Source of the DNA: Lepidodermella squamata
Taxonomy: Eukaryota; Animalia; Gastrotricha
Assembly (NCBI GenBank): GCA_047495785.1
Contig: JBLDXI010000038.1
Span: 310,001 to 374,000 of the forward strand
Direction: 5' to 3'
DNA: 64,000 bases
How positions within the stretch are numbered: position 1 is the stretch's first letter; every line of letters begins with the position of its first letter. Shown in pieces: positions 1-11,953 of this stretch. Under the pieces are notes generated by a model that saw only the letters and a program-made list of their open reading frames with translations, did not search any database and had not been told where the DNA came from. A program made the translations under genes and the position numbers.

Positions 1-310
1 CACTACCCCACAGTGGATTCCAAGCGCGCCTGCTTTGTTAAGAATTATCCAAGCAACTGAGTTTGCAGTCGCTCTCCGCCCTCTGCCCAGAAAGGAACGC
101 ATCATCCAACGAAATCGCGTTTCGACCCCAGAGACCGCGGAAACCCCAGAGAAGAAGCCGCCTAAAATAGTACGGTCAAGGTGAGAAAAATAAGTGATTT
201 CAAAATGTTTTTACAATAAAACTTCAACATTTAGTTAGTTTTAAAATATTTTAAAATATGAGATAAATTAATGTTTGCAGCAGGCGTCGATGGCTTTTTG
301 CTGAGAGCTG
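1..310 (+). CDS. Possible 3' end of an unidentified gene entering from upstream
   Basis: Frame 2 is open from 2 to 180 (TTPQWIPSAPALLRII...KKPPKIVRS), followed by donor GTGAGA at 181, acceptor TTGCAG at 280 and a stop shortly after. No recognisable domain. Confidence 0.3.
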
Positions 311-342
311 AGAGCTGAGAGCTGAGAGCTGAGAGCTGAGAG
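300..342. repeat. (GCTGAGA)6 heptamer tandem repeat
   Basis: Directly visible perfect tandem array. Confidence 0.95.
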
Positions 343-550
343 TTTCCAAACTTCAATCAGAATCCCGAGTGTTTTTCGCTGCCCATTTGCTGACGTTAGA
401 CCAGAAGCTGTCGTCTTCAATCAATTTAGTATAAATGTACCCACCCTTAGAATCTGTCCATTAAAGCTGACTTGCCTCAAGTCTTAAGTTACGTCCATGC
501 GTTCGCCTAACCGATTGCACGGAGCTGCGCAGCGGGACCTGGAACAAATC

Positions 551-1240
551 ATTTATTATTTATTTATTTAACGATTAAATCCAGTAAGGGAGTCCGAGGA
601 ATGATAATAAGAGGAAAAGGGCATTTCACAAGTGTCAGGTCAGGGTCTCGAAGATCTGTATTCTGTATCAGTTCCGTTTCATATTCCGTTTTACATATTT
701 TTAACGTTGGAAAAAATAAATGGCAGGCTGAGCAGGTGGTTGCACATTAGCTGGAGACAGGCGTGATCAGTTGGTGCATTCTGCGCATCAGGCGGCAGAT
801 AGTTGAATAGCACCGCTCCTCTGTATATGCAAGCGTCTTTTGAGCTTGCTGCTTGCTGCGATTATAAGGCGGGAACGGATAGCCAGTCATTGAAGAAAGT
901 GCGAGTCAGGCGCTGGTTTGCCTCGAGCGATTCAAGGCATTGCCGCTGGCGCTTCCCCATTGATTGAGCGCTAGGCCAGCGTTGCAAGATGCAATTTTCG
1001 TTTGTTGCAAAGCGAAAGCCATTGGAGCTTTTTCCGAAGGGGTTCGGCAACAATATGTCTGGGCGCCTTCATGATGAAGGCGGAATGCACTATCTTGTAA
1101 CGATTGAAGCATGATTAAAGTGGTCGCAGATTAGTGTCGGCTGATTGGCGAGAACACTGTCGGCGTATCCGAGATGGCTGTACACGATTCCATTTGCCAT
1201 CATTTTAAGCGTATTTTTGTCTAGGTGCTTGTCGGTCAGT
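551..1240 (-). mobile_element. Decayed 3' end of a non-LTR retrotransposon (L2/CR1/Crack-like)
   Basis: Minus-strand peptides KHLDKNTLKMMANGIVYSHLGYADSVL, EKLQWLSLCNKRKLHLATL and GAVLFNYLP align by eye with the RT C-terminus of the LINE at 29658-30476. Frameshifts and stops are present, with a (TAAA)n-like tail at 551-571. Confidence 0.75.
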
Positions 1241-1253
1241 TTCAAGCCGGAAA

Positions 1254-1610
1254 TTTCTCTAATTTAACAGACTTGTCCTTAATCAACTTAGCTAGCTTCT
1301 TCTCATTTTCAAGGGGTTCATCATTATGTTAATCTCTGGATTTAACCGCTTGGAAAATGAGAAGAAGCTAGCTCAGTTGATTAAGGACAAGTCTGATAAA
1401 TTAGAAAAATAGCCACTCTTAATTGTCTTGATACCGAGTTGTGCTGAATCGTGATGATGACTTCATGTTGTGTGCTTTTCATTTTGACACTAAATGTTTT
1501 ATCTTTTGTTGTTTAGCCCTGATGCTGCTTTTGCATCGAAACGTCGGCGTTTAACTTTTGGAAAATAAAGATTCATCGTGGTGATCCCGAACAGACTTTT
1601 ATTGCTTAGA
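1254..1610 (+). mobile_element. Penelope-like element remnant: ~65-bp inverted repeat plus hammerhead-like motif
   Basis: Arms at ~1254-1318 and ~1344-1410 are near-perfect reverse complements. Downstream are GCC-CTGATGC-TGCTTTTGCA-TC-GAAACGTC-GGC (1516-1548) and AATAAA, an arrangement typical of PLE pseudo-LTRs. Confidence 0.5.
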
Positions 1611-1765
1611 TACATATTAGAATAATGTTTTTCGATTTATCTCGAAAATTTACGTGGACATGGCATTTTTCGGCGCGAAGTATTATTTCTGTCTAGCGTT
1701 GGTAAAATTTGAATGCGGAAATCTAAAAAGTTTATTAGGAAGACAAAGCGGTTATGAAACAGTTA

Positions 1766-2875
1766 TTAATCATGCATTGGAGCTTCACATTCGATTCCCA
1801 TGTGAGAAGGGGCAAGTTTATAAATGTCCAAAACCTTCAATCCGCAACGCTCAAGGCGCTCTCGCCAATTTTCAGGTGAGCGGATCTTACCACCAAGAAG
1901 CGTCAGCATCAAAATATCAAGACCGCGTTTGAACAAGGATGGCTCATGCAGTGGCAGATCAGCAATGTCCGGCTCGACAATCAACAACCGAGCTGGTTCT
2001 TTTTCCGACCTTCTGTCTGCGTTTCGGCGTGACATTGCCTTGCCAATATTCCGGACTATAGTCAGCGAGTCGCTGTCGTCGAAATCAATCAGTACATTGC
2101 AAATCAAGTACAAATCGGCGTCTACTTCAATTTCCGACAAGGCGTTTCCGACAAAAGCTTTGAACCGACTAAGGACGGACTCGTCAGAATAAAGTTCTTC
2201 CATGATGTTCGGAATTACAGTCGGTCTTTCGTACAAAATAGCTTCTCTAACATTGTTGTTTTTCTTCAAAATTCGGTACAATAGCCCGCCTTGACTTCCA
2301 CCTATTTCGACAATGCGTTGGAATCGCGAAAAATCGTACCTGTCAACCAGTGCGTCTTGAAGACCTTTGCTTATGTTAGTCATCGCAAAATCGAAGACGC
2401 GCTCGCTTTCAGGGTGATCTGTTAAAAAGTCGTAGATAGAGCAGCCGTGGATGTAATTGTATGCTGCATTTCCAGTTTTCAACGAATGCTCCATAGCCAT
2501 GATAGCTAGCTGATTCGGTCGCGAAGCCAATTGATGCCGAATCATGTTCGCTTGAGACAATTCATGATCATCTCGAAGCAGATCCGAACGCTCAGTGCCA
2601 GCAAAACTTTCACCATCTTCGAATTCGTAGAAAATATCGAAGCTTGCAAGGAAGCTGAGAATTCGTTTCAGGTTACCTGCGTCCAGACCAAGTCGCTTAG
2701 CCAAATCAGAGACTCTGACAGGCCCGGATATGGACGAAATAGCATTGGCAATGTTATAGTTAACAAGAAGCTCCATGCATTTAGGGAGAAACGCCAGGTT
2801 GTAGATAGAGATGAGATAAGCCTCTGGCTTTAAATGTGAGCTATCGATTCTTAGAGTTTGCATAGCCTCTGTCAT
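1766..2875 (-). CDS. SAM-dependent O-methyltransferase (COMT/ASMT-like, methyltransf_2 with N-terminal dimerisation domain), intronless, 369 aa
   Basis: N-terminal wHTH (VSDLAKRLGLDAGNLKRILSFL), FDFAM, YDFSRFQRIVEIGGSQG SAM-binding motif, RLLIVE, LDILMLTLLGGKIRS. Confidence 0.9.
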   Translation of the reverse strand: MTEAMQTLRIDSSHLKPEAYLISIYNLAFLPKCMELLVNYNIANAISSISGPVRVSDLAKRLGLDAGNLKRILSFLASFDIFYEFEDGESFAGTERSDLLRDDHELSQANMIRHQLASRPNQLAIMAMEHSLKTGNAAYNYIHGCSIYDFLTDHPESERVFDFAMTNISKGLQDALVDRYDFSRFQRIVEIGGSQGGLLYRILKKNNNVREAILYERPTVIPNIMEELYSDESVLSRFKAFVGNALSEIEVDADLYLICNVLIDFDDSDSLTIVRNIGKAMSRRNADRRSEKEPARLLIVEPDIADLPLHEPSLFKRGLDILMLTLLGGKIRSPENWRERLERCGLKVLDIYKLAPSHMGIECEAPMHD

Positions 2876-3024
2876 TTTCTAGTTAGGAAACATCGAAAAT
2901 GCAGTTGCATAGGGAACCAAACGTCATGCTTTAATTCATTCGCCACTGAATTGTTTATCAACAGCAATCGCGAGAATCTTAATGTTGCGCAATGCTACGC
3001 AATATTGTAATATGTTTGAATCTA

Positions 3025-3581
3025 AGGTGCGTTTTTTATTAAAACCGAGGTGCTATTGTTCAGCGCTGTGATCAATTTTTCGGTGAGATTCGCAACAGAG
3101 AAATCACAATCGGCACGTCTATCATGAACTGACCGGCTCGAATTGCGGTCAAGGCCGGTCAGAAAAGACAAATCCCCGCGCGGATTAAGAACATTTGGCC
3201 GCGGCTAAATCGTGACATGGCTGTAATTAATTTACGACCATGCAACATGTGACCCTCGTTAATTTCTGACCGCATGTCTTAAGAGCTAATTTTATCAAAA
3301 CTACGCAGAAAAGGTTTTTTATTTTCTCCGCAATTATCGAACATGAAATCGATTTTAAAAAAATCGATCAATTTGGTAAAATTTATGAAAATCCAAAGCA
3401 TTTTAGGCGATTTCTGACCATTATTTTGAATCCAAACTTGCCGACAAGTTCGAATTTCATCATTTTCAATTTTTGAGTTTTTGATTGGGTTTGAAAAGCT
3501 TTAACTTTCCGTGTGTGTCATCTGGTGTTAATAGATGTAATTAGTTTTAGGCACACCACGGTTTTAATAAAAAACGCACCT
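3025..3581. mobile_element. MITE / non-autonomous DNA transposon, 557 bp
   Basis: Perfect 23-bp TIRs AGGTGCGTTTTTTATTAAAACCG; CTA flanks both sides (3022-3024, 3582-3584) as a putative 3-bp TSD; no ORF. Confidence 0.85.
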
Positions 3582-4238
3582 CTATGAGCTTTTTCGATTT
3601 TTAGAATTTCCGACTTTCAACATCCGGGGCTAGCTCTGGCGGGTGGTTAAAACGATGGTAATGGATTTATTTGCATTTTTCACTCATCAGCGATCGGGCT
3701 ACTGATGCATCTCCATGCCCACGTGAATTCCTGTTTGTCTGTGTTTAATGCATCTCTCTCGTCACAAGCTTAATCATCAGGCGATGAATGCTGAGGTCAC
3801 GGACAGCGAATCGTGTGATCGTTGTTAAAGATGAACATCACGCAGCACTTAGGCCACGTCTATTCGAAGGTGTTTTCGTTTAATTATATACGCTTTACGT
3901 CATTATTTTCGAGAAAGAAGCGGCTTTGGATGCATGAATCGTCCGTCTTGAACCTGTGTTATACTTGTTGTAGTCACGAATCCTGGTCGCATGATAGTAT
4001 TATCATAAACCGCATACTTTTAGAAAACTTTTTCAACGGTCAATAACAAATGCTATGTAAAATCAAAAACAAGATTTTTCAATAGCAAAGACGTGCTTGA
4101 CAATTTTATGGTTTTATGGCACGAAACGTGTAGGCGCCTGTATCGAGCATCTGTTTAGAACCAACACGAACGAATAAATCAACTACACAAACAACAATAC
4201 TCTTAATTTGCCCTATTTGGATAAAGCAATGTCAACGG

Positions 4239-4246
4239 TATAAAAG
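4239..4246 (+). promoter_or_regulatory. TATA box of TEP1
   Basis: TATAAAAG 75 nt upstream of the ATG at 4314. Confidence 0.6.
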
Positions 4247-4313
4247 GCAGCCAAGCTCTTAAATATTCTTGCATATAATTTTTCCTAGCGAAAATTACCT
4301 GTAAAAGTTTGAA

Positions 4314-7300
4314 ATGATATCAGCCATACAATTGTTGGCTATAGTTTGTACATGCCTGCCGGCAGTCGTTCATATGGTGGACCCTAGTCAAGCGGAACCG
4401 GTCAAGTAAGATTTGAATAGAAGCTAATGCAGTTTTGCTATAAGCTGGCAATCATTTTCCAGATTCGTCTTATCTTTCCCGAGAATATGGAGACCGAGCA
4501 AGGACTTCGATTTTCATCTTGTCCTCTTCGAAAACTCGAACTATTCTCTTCCCGTCTCATTCACAGCCAATTTAACGCTGAATGATAAAAGCCTGGCAGT
4601 TCAGGACTTCGTTCAAAATAGCTGTAATTTTTACATTTTTTTACTTACAAGGGTAAATGACAATTTCTTCCTTAATAGATGGATATCAAAAGCACACATT
4701 CAAGGTTTGCTTCAAAATTTCAAGCTTTGATAGCAAATGATTTATTTTTCAATAGAATATCAGAGAAGCTGTTTCGAGGGCCACCGGCTCCGACGACGAG
4801 CAGTATATTTCGCCCTTCGTCTCGATTACATTCACGACTAACGGCTTGAAAAACTACACCGACTTGAACTCTTACCAAACAAAACTTGCCGAGCAATTTG
4901 TCTTTATACAAACTGACAAGTCGGTTTACAAGCCTTCGCAGAATGTTAAGATTCGCGTTGTTGCTGTTGATCGCGATCTCTTGCCCATTTCTGCTTCTGG
5001 AGTAACGGTTACCGTTCAAAATCCCAACGACGACATTTTGCAGCAGTGGACTGGAGTTACGCTACAGAACGGCCTGTATGCGAATAATTTTTCACTGTCG
5101 GACTTTACTGCGTTCGGAAACTGGAAAATCTCGGTTAAGGGCGACGGTATACCTGACACTGAGAAAACCTTTCTAGTACAACAATACGTACTGCCCAAGT
5201 ACGATGCAAATTTCGAGTTTCCACCGAATAGCTATTGGTTGGCCACGAAGGATGGTGACTATAAAGGATACGTAAAAGCTAAGGTGATCATAGATAAAAA
5301 TCTAAAAAGTATTCGGGAAATAATGCTGATGATTTCCTTTTATTACACAGTATACGTTTGGCAAACCTGTCAAAGGGAAGGGCTACGTCGTGTTGTCGAG
5401 CACGGGAGGTTGTCAATGGCGGTACGATTCTCAGTATATCTACGACCTACCACCCATGCCAGTTGACGTTGTCGCCGTCGACGCTGTCGACGCCGCCCCA
5501 GCGATTGGAGCTGGTAAAATGGTCGCGAGACCGTTCTTCCCGCCCGGCGGAAATCCACCAAAGAAGATGAACATTTCCTTCACTCTTGCTGGTGATGGTT
5601 CAGCTGAGGATGGAGCTTTTGTTATCAAGGGCCTTCGCAAAGATATACTGTTCTTTGACCGTCCAACTGCCATGGACAGTGAGTTGCTGCCATACAACAA
5701 CTCTCTTTGCACACTCACGTTCGAGGCTAATGTGACCGAAGAATTGACTGGCGAGGTTAGTTCGATTGTCTTGAAATATCGAAAATTCATTTTTTAACTG
5801 AATTCATTTGTATTGCTAGGTGATCAAAGCTTCCGGCTCTGTGCCACTTTACGGGGCTGCTTACGCCATCAAAACACACGAATCAGTTCAGAAAACTTTG
5901 AAACCAGGCCTTCCATTCACGATGCGATTCCAAGTGACCCGGCCCGATGGCTCGCCAATTACCGGGAACGTTGCTGTTTCAGTCAAGGTAAGCAGAGATT
6001 GCAATATAATTTCTCATTCGCATCCATCCATCGATTGATCTTCCCAGGTTTACAACGAAATGAAGGTTACTACAACCCCAAGTCCACCTGAAGTCGATAC
6101 GGGAGTGGTATCTTCTAGTTTCCGGAGACCTTTCATTACTCCCTATTACTCCGGTATTAACTGCTGGAGCATTCAGCAAGGCTCAGTTGACGAGAAGCAG
6201 CTGACGCCTCAGACATTTAGCCTCACTACTGATTCGAATGGTATAGTTAGTGTTGACGTCACTCCACCGGTTAATGTATCGAACGTCTACTTCCTGGCGA
6301 GCCTTCCATCGGCACCTAATGTCAAATTTTGCGACAACCGATCCCCGCCTCAGTCAGTTAGCAACCAAGCTCTGAGCATTCGTATTGATCGACCCATTTC
6401 CGCACAATCATCTATTCCTAAGGTTTGAAAAATGAAAGCTCAATTTTTACCTATTCATCGAAATCTTACCATCAACAGGTCAATGATAAACTAACATTCA
6501 AGATCACCTCGACCTCTCAGGTTCCATTCATCTATTTCATCGTAAGAGAGCTCGAAACGTTTTGAGGCCGTTAAAATTGAAGTTTCCTTATTTCAGCTGT
6601 CGCAAAACGGGCAGGTGCTTGAATACCGCAAGGTTACCCAGTCCCAAGCCGCTGGAAGTGGTCTTCTGTTCACAGTCGATGTCGCGCTGCCCAGCGGAGC
6701 GGCGCCCCGCGCATCCGCCTTGGTCTGGACCGTTATCAACACGCCGACCAATGTCAGCGAGGTCCTCGCCGATGCTATCGATTTCAAAGTCGATGGATTG
6801 TTGAAGCTTAACGTTACGGCATCGTTTAGCCCGAGCTCAGCTCGTCCCAGGGACCCGGTTCAACTTCGTGTGAAGACCAGCGAGCCTAATGCAACCGTCG
6901 CACTGCTTGCCGTTGATAAAAGTGTGAAACTTCTTGGCAGTGGCAACGATATCACGCTCGATGACGTCCTTGGAACTGTTGATGCCAATGAAGGCGGACC
7001 TATTGTATCGCCAATGTTCATGCGTTGTTGGGCGTGCGATTGGTGGCCTAGGTGGATTGACAGCTCGAACGCAGACAGCGTTTTTAACGTAAGTATAGTT
7101 GAGTTACTTTCTCATTTGCTTATCCAATGTGTTCCTCTTATAAATGACAGGGCGTTGGAATGACGGTCAAAAGTAACGCGATAACATCAGCGGTAATTAC
7201 TCAATTAACAAATTTCCGGGTGTGATTGAATTGGTTTCTTTGTTTTCTTTGTAGCAAATGATATGGTTCCCGTACATGCGTTTCCAGCCAATGCCTGACA

Positions 7301-10023
7301 TGGTCGCAGATCGCGCCGAAGCTGGTAATGTACCCATTATGGCAGCTAGGATGCCTGCCCCGCCTGGCATGCCCATGCCTATGGCAGTTCCAGCTATGGC
7401 GGGCACTGCAAGCGCAAAGGTTGGCTCAGCTGGTCCACAAGCAACAGCCCAACCCGAGCCCGTTGTTCGCAAGAACTTTCCCGAGTCATGGATATGGGAA
7501 ATCGCTCAAACCAAGTAATAATCGACTAGCATACCGTTCTGACTTCCTATATATCGCAAACTTAATTTTTAGTGCCGCTGGAGAATTGGTGAAGAGCTAT
7601 GACGCGCCTGACACTATTACAACGTGGGTTTTGTCCGCCATGGCCGTTGGGAAGACTGGCTTCGGGGTATTGAACAAGTCTGCTGAGGTATAGAAAATAT
7701 TGAGAGACCTTAGCAATAATATTTTAAAATGCTTTTCCGAACAGGTTACAGTCTTCCAAGACTTTTTCGTGAACATCGATGTCGCGCAACCGACAATTAT
7801 TCGAGGCGAACAGGTGCAGATCAAAGGCGTCGTGTTCAACTACCAGCAATCGCCACTCAATGTCAACAGCCTTCTGAAGCAGTCGCCTGATTTCGACGTC
7901 AGTCTCGATGACGGTAAAACTTACAGCTCGAGCAATTTCACCCGATCGGTTCAAGTTCCGGCCAACGGCGGCTCCTCAATCCCGATTTGGGTCAAGCCAA
8001 AGACACTAGGCAACATTAACATGGAACTGAGCGGGGTGGCTCAAAATAACGCTAAATCAGGAGATGCGCTTCGCAAACAGGTCATGGTCGAAGCCGAGGG
8101 TGAAGTTCGTTACGCCAACCGTCCTATGCTTATTCGCCTGGGCAACACGGCATCTTCGATGAAGCAGAGCATAAACGTTGATGAGATGCTAGGAGCTGCG
8201 GCTAATCTTGTCGTCGATGGGTCAAAGTTCTTCCAGCTACAAGGTATGATATATTTATTCGCCCACATTTTGAAAGTCATCAACGAACCTTTTTCCTAAA
8301 GCTATGGGCGATATTCTTGGGCCAGCTCTTACAAATCTTGGCAAGCAAATTAGGTTGCCGACGGGTTGTGGCGAGCAAACCATGCTAACATTGGCGCCAA
8401 ACGTCTACATCACCAAATATCTGCGTTCCGCCAACAGCTTGACCCCAGATCTTGAAGCCAGAGCAAAGCAGTTTGTACAGGACGGGTACCAGCACGAGTT
8501 GACGTACCAAAGAGAGGATGGTGGTTTCAGCGCTTTCGGTGCTAGCGATAACAGCTCGTCGACATGGCTTAGTGCCTTTGTTGTCCGCTGCTTCCATGCC
8601 GCTGCTAAGCACATGCAAACTCCGATCGCTCCTGAAGTGTTCAAAAACACGTGGAATTTCCTGAGACTCCAGTCCAAATCTGATGGGCTTTTCTCAGAGC
8701 CTGGCCGTGTCATCCACTACAGCATGAAGGGAGGCGCAACAAGTGACATCAACCTGGCTATTTACATCTACACGACGTTCGCTGAAGCTGGTGGGCAAGA
8801 TCAGTACAGCTGGCCGGGTCTGAATGCAACCCGAAACATCGTGGTGCAAAGTGCGACAAATGCCGCAAATCGCGACGCTTATCAACTCGCCCTGGCTGCT
8901 TACGCCTTATCCATTCTTCCCGCTGATCGACCAATCTCTGCTAAGGTCCTTAATCAACTGATGTCCCTGCCAAGCGCAACTTCCAAGTAAGCTTATAGAT
9001 TTGAATAAATTCAATTAACAAACCTTCTAAATTATAGGGACGGTGTTATGTTTTGGCAACTGAATTCAACAACTTCTTCGAATCCTTGGGCAGAGCAATC
9101 TGGTCCTACGCAGATTGAAACGGCCGCTTACGCTTTGCTAGCGATGGTTAACAATAATCTGACCGACAGCGCTATTCAAGTCGCCCGCTATTTAATCTCG
9201 CAGCGTAATTCGCTCGGCGGCTTCCACTCGACGCAAGATACCGTCGTTGGCCTTCAGGCCCTGTCTGAAATCGCTCCGAGTCTCACGTCGACTAACACAG
9301 CCCTTAACATTGCCGCAACTTTCGTTTTCGCCGACGGCAAGGGCAATCTCTCGGCTACGATGCAGATTAACCAGGGCAACGCCCGCATTTTACAGTCATT
9401 CGACCCAGACCGACTTCGCCAGGCCTTGAAATCGGTTGAACTCGCGATCAACGGAACTGGCGTTGGGCTTGTTCAGCTCGCGGTCAAGTACAATGTTCAA
9501 AATCAGAAGATCCTGGATTCCGGTGACTTTACTCTCAACGTCGTGCGTGATATTTCCGTAAGACGAAAACGCCAAAGCACCAACGACTCCTTACCTGATG
9601 CCAGTGTTCAGCTCAGAGCTTGCACCCAGTAATTACTACCGAAATATTCATGTTTGAAACAATTTGTAACATATGTGTTTTTAACCTAGGCCTGTGACGC
9701 CAAAGGGTAGCCGCGGTATGGTAGTCATGGAGGTCGGTGTTCCAACTGGTTTCGACCTTGACCTTGCCGGAACTCAGGCCGCAAATCGCAAGGGCGGTTC
9801 GTCTTACACGGCGCCTCTGAAAATGATTGAAGCCGGTGATCGCAAACTTGTTTACTACTTTGATTCATTCGAAAGCAGCCCCAGTGGCACCTGTGTTGCG
9901 GCCAAAATTTTGCGAACGGCTGCGGCGAAGAATGTTCAGCCACCCATTGCAAGGGTCTACGCTTACTACGCCCCCGATGTTAGAAACGCATCAGCCTATA
10001 CTTTCCGAGGAATGTCATTGTGA
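4314..10023 (+). CDS. Thioester-containing protein 1 (iTEP/CD109-like, alpha-2-macroglobulin family), multi-exon, secreted
   Basis: Signal peptide MISAIQLLAIVCTCL; FIQTDKSVYKP, YVLPKY, LLAVDKSV, RKNFPESWIW, PDTITTW; thioester GCGEQ (8364-8378); catalytic PGRVIH; GGFHSTQDT; receptor-binding domain ending VYAYY; AATAAA at ~10124. Confidence 0.95.
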
Positions 10024-10175
10024 ACTTGATGACTTGTCATTAAGCTTCAAAACATGATTTATTCTTGCATAATACACGGTGGTTAGGTTTAAAATTTACA
10101 AATATTTTTCATATTTTCGACTAAATAAAAATTGAAAAAAGTTTTAAATTCAAGTCATTTTCACTTTGGCGACGT

Positions 10176-10451
10176 TCATTTGCCTTCAGCTGCTTGGCTT
10201 TGAAGCGTATTTCGAGGCTGCGTTGGAATACCCGGGCCTAAAATGAGGAAGATTTTAAGTATTGGTATTGATATTGATATTGATATTATGTCTAAGATGA
10301 ACACACCTGTAACGCCGCACTCTTGAGGAGTCAGGTAGCCTTCTTCCGGTAAATCGCGCACAATCGCACCTTTGTAAGTCACTGTGTTTTCAGGACGAAG
10401 CTGCAATTGCTCAGAGACTTGCTCTGTTTGTGATCTACCGCTATCAGACAT
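10176..10451 (-). CDS. Small orphan protein (~68 aa, one intron 10238-10306)
   Basis: The ATG is preceded by a strong acceptor. A GTGTGT...TTTTAG intron removes an AT-rich low-complexity stretch and keeps the frame. No known domain. Confidence 0.5.
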   Translation of the reverse strand: MSDSGRSQTEQVSEQLQLRPENTVTYKGAIVRDLPEEGYLTPQECGVTGVFILDIISISISIPILKIFLILGPGIPTQPRNTLQSQAAEGK

Positions 10452-10578
10452 GATGTTAGAAATCTAAAAGGAAAATTCAGCATCCATTTCCTGTGAACAT
10501 GGAAATGATATTACACTTGGTATGATAAAAAGTTGGATAAGTTTGAAAAAACATGAAAAAATCAATGTCTTGCAAGCT

Positions 10579-10929
10579 TTAAGGCTTGTCCTGATTAGCC
10601 TGCGAAGACGGCATTCCGATCTTCGGCCCAGGGCGCAATCCGCCACTGCCCGGCTCGTGAGGAGCGTTTTTCGCGCCACCTTCTATCGTCGAACACGAGG
10701 AATCGTCGGTGCCTTTTCCGAACTCGGGCACTGAAATAATACAAAAGTAAGAAGCACTTCATTCATGGCGTTGGCAACAAGCTAATTTACTCTTGTTTTC
10801 GGGCTCCTTCCACCCGATATTTTGCTGCTCAGGAACCGGCTTGTGAATCGTTGCATGGGCAGATCGATAATCGGTGTTGGCCGGATTCAGCACGTCGTTA
10901 TCGTCGACAGCTCTTGTTCCAGAGGACAT
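10579..10929 (-). CDS. Small orphan protein (~96 aa, one intron 10731-10790)
   Basis: MSSGTRAVDD...WKEPENK is joined by a GTAAAT...TTTCAG intron to MPEFGKGTDDSS...QDKP*. The exons are GC-richer and coding-like. Confidence 0.55.
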
Positions 10930-11953
10930 TTCAATGGTAAGATCGATTAAATGTTGCACAAATTGAAAATTGAAACTGTCTGAAGAGTTTTGTTGATACG
11001 CGGCGCTTCAACAACACACAATCGAAAGAGTTTTGCGATTGTTAGCTATTTTGTTGCACAACGCGTCGAACGCCTAATTGTTGCATAAACGAGGCTACAA
11101 TTCATTTAACAATCAAAATATTGTCGACCTATCATCGTGTGTGCTTTTCACGCCGAACGATCAATGAAAACCTGAGCAAGAAATGCATTCAAATCTATCA
11201 ATAACCGAAACCCGATTCAAAAAATCGTAGCTTTGTCAGTTTCAAGTCATAATAACTGCTGTCTCAGTTTACTGGCCAAGCTAATACTCATGCGGTTAAT
11301 TACGGTAAAGACTTCACATCCGTTTTTCAGGAACCTGAGGAAAATGAAAAGCCCTGACACCATTCGTAGGCGTTTGATGAAATTGGCGAAAGAAAACCTA
11401 AATTCCGCCATCACATTTGTCACATTTTTTGACTGCTCAACTTTTGCATCAAGCACCCTGCGAGGAACCAATCCTTGAAAGGTACATAATTTCATATTCA
11501 AATCAACGACATTATCATGTGTTGTGAAACGTATAAATGTCAACACCTGGAGCGTGACGAAGTGGCAAAAAAATGTCTGGCTTTATTAGCAGCAGCATTA
11601 GCCACACATGAATGGACTGCCTACATGTAAAACTTACGCCATTATTTACCTTGGCTGTTTTTTTCTTGAGGAGGAAGACATGAAGCATTATTTTTTACGC
11701 TTGGCTGACAGCACCAACTACGCGCAATCACGTTCTCGTTACTGACGGATGCAGCAATTTATAGTCTGGAGACTTTTTCCTGTTATGACCCGCCTTAAGC
11801 AAAATATTTACTCTTACGCCTCGTCGTAAAGGCGAAAAAAGCTATTTTGGCGCATCTAATGACGCTAGGCCACTAGTCCTTTACGAGGCCTGAGACACTC
11901 GAATTTCCTCGGTGCATAACGCAATCTATTACTCTGATTTTTGATGTTTATAG

